From: an uncultured Methanoregulaceae archaeon
Lineage (GTDB): Archaea > Halobacteriota > Methanomicrobia > Methanomicrobiales > Methanospirillaceae
Direction: 5' to 3'
NCBI GenBank assembly: GCA_963737635.1
Contig: CAVTTL010000001.1
Span: forward strand, 416,001 to 480,000
DNA: 64,000 nt
Notes under the pieces: model-generated
Databases searched by the model: none
What the model was told of the DNA's origin: nothing
Seen by the model: only the letters and a program-made list of their open reading frames with translations
Shown here: one piece after another, positions 62,706 to 64,000 of the stretch
Layout: each line of letters opens with the position of its first letter
Position numbering within the stretch: the first letter of the stretch is position 1
Program-made: the position numbers and the translations under genes

Positions 62706-63125
62706 ATGATGCAAAAGGCAGGTTACATCCAGAGAACAGGATGTAGGGCAATTGACCGTGACGGTGGAATCCACGAAGTTGTGGAACTGCATGTCATGGG
62801 CGCCCGGTATGCAATCCGACTAGGGGATCTGGCAAAAGGAATCTCAGGACGACAGGTCGTTGTTCAAGTGGAGGCACTCGTACGTGAGTGGAACTACTAC
62901 CTGGGCACAACCTGCGGGCTGGCACAGGTGTCAGCCTCCGGCAAGGCCCTCAATATTGAACTCTTCGAGGCAGGGAATTTTACCGTGTCGCTCCTTGCCC
63001 TCAGATCGGTCGTCTACGGGCGGGAACGTCTTGCCAAGATCGCAAGGATACCCAAACAGCCGGCTTCACCTGCCTGGAAAGACCGCAGGCTTACCGGCCA
63101 GCGGCAGCTCGGCGCACTGGTCTGA
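62706..63125 (+). CDS. Hypothetical protein
   Basis: Clean ORF after a TTATATA box; no family assigned. Confidence 0.6.
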   Translation: MMQKAGYIQRTGCRAIDRDGGIHEVVELHVMGARYAIRLGDLAKGISGRQVVVQVEALVREWNYYLGTTCGLAQVSASGKALNIELFEAGNFTVSLLALRSVVYGRERLAKIARIPKQPASPAWKDRRLTGQRQLGALV

Positions 63126-63288
63126 CCTCACTCTCTTTCTCTTTTTCATTTTTTCTATTCCGTCGTGGTTTCAGAGCAGCGTCAGTCCTGATGGCGTGCA
63201 ACATTAATAGTCCAAAAAGGAAACGTGTACTGATAGATTGGGGCCCTGTTAATCCTACACCGCCCCCTCAACACACCGGAGCCACAGA

Positions 63289-64000
63289 ATGGATACCTGC
63301 GATGATTCCTCCTATAAGGAACTAGTGGAACACCAGCAGGATTTGCTGGTCAAGTTCAGTCCTGAAGGGCGTCTCCTGTTTGTCAACAAGGCATATTGCG
63401 ACACCCTTGGGAAGACAAAGGAGGAATTAACCGGGAGCGTTTTTATGCCCGCAACCGACCAGCGGTATTCCGAAGTAATGGCCACACAAATGACCAAACT
63501 CTTTCGTCCTCCCTTTATGTGTCAGGTAGAACAATGGATTTCATCGTCGCAGGGCCCACGGTGTATCAGCTGGTCGGCACGATCTATTACCGATGCAAAA
63601 GGGGACGTTACCTCGATAGTGGCAACCGGCCGAGATATTACCCGCCTTCAGCGGGAGCACAGGGCCATCAGGAAGCGGGACGACGAACTGATGCTGCTCC
63701 TCGAGAGCGGTAAACAGATGTATTTCACACACAGCACCGATCATACCCTGAACTATGTAAGTCCCCGGATCCGGGCACTTATTGGTGCGGGATCGCGATT
63801 GGGTAAACGATTGTGGACCGATTACCTGACCGATAACCCGCTCAATGCGAAAGGGTTGGAAAGGACGCTGAAAGCGATCTCCTCCGGCAGACGCGAACCG
63901 CCATACCGTCTGGAATTTTACGGTCGCGACAATACAAAAGTCTGGGTGGAAGTCAACGAAATCCCGGTGATAAAGAATAGGCAGACTGTGGGGATCGCCG
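63289..64000 (+). CDS. PAS-domain sensor protein (partial, runs off the window)
   Basis: Read by hand: YKELVEHQQDLL..FVNKAYC..GRDIT, second PAS YVSPRI...WVEVNE; open to the window end. Confidence 0.82.
   Translation, partial: MDTCDDSSYKELVEHQQDLLVKFSPEGRLLFVNKAYCDTLGKTKEELTGSVFMPATDQRYSEVMATQMTKLFRPPFMCQVEQWISSSQGPRCISWSARSITDAKGDVTSIVATGRDITRLQREHRAIRKRDDELMLLLESGKQMYFTHSTDHTLNYVSPRIRALIGAGSRLGKRLWTDYLTDNPLNAKGLERTLKAISSGRREPPYRLEFYGRDNTKVWVEVNEIPVIKNRQTVGIA

Overview
Archaeal methanogen DNA. Gene content (fwdGDBAC, cysteate synthase with fused comDE, methanogenesis marker 8, radA, RPA, fen, presenilin homologue, class III signal pilins) fits Methanomicrobiales, Methanoregula-like; this is inferred, not database-checked. 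Most of the window is housekeeping: a sulfur-relay/Fe-S cluster, coenzyme M biosynthesis, formylmethanofuran dehydrogenase, DNA repair, lysine biosynthesis, a 2-oxoacid oxidoreductase and O2 detoxification. About 15 genes are split by 1-bp indels, most likely long-read assembly errors. The main accessory feature is a 3,996-bp IS6-family transporter element at 9105-13100. It has perfect 54-bp terminal inverted repeats and an 8-bp target duplication, and it interrupts a pilin/PKD gene. It carries a SWIM-finger transposase, a DUF2080-like gene, an orphan ORF and a DUF262 + HEPN putative defence pair whose promoter is preceded by five TCTCGAG motifs. Other highlights are a receptor-like Ser/Thr kinase hidden by a frameshift next to an HTH-FHA regulator, an uncharacterised ATPase/GTPase/Fe-S trio in the CoM operon, and a short nitrogenase-like H-D-K triad that looks like neither Nif nor Cfb.
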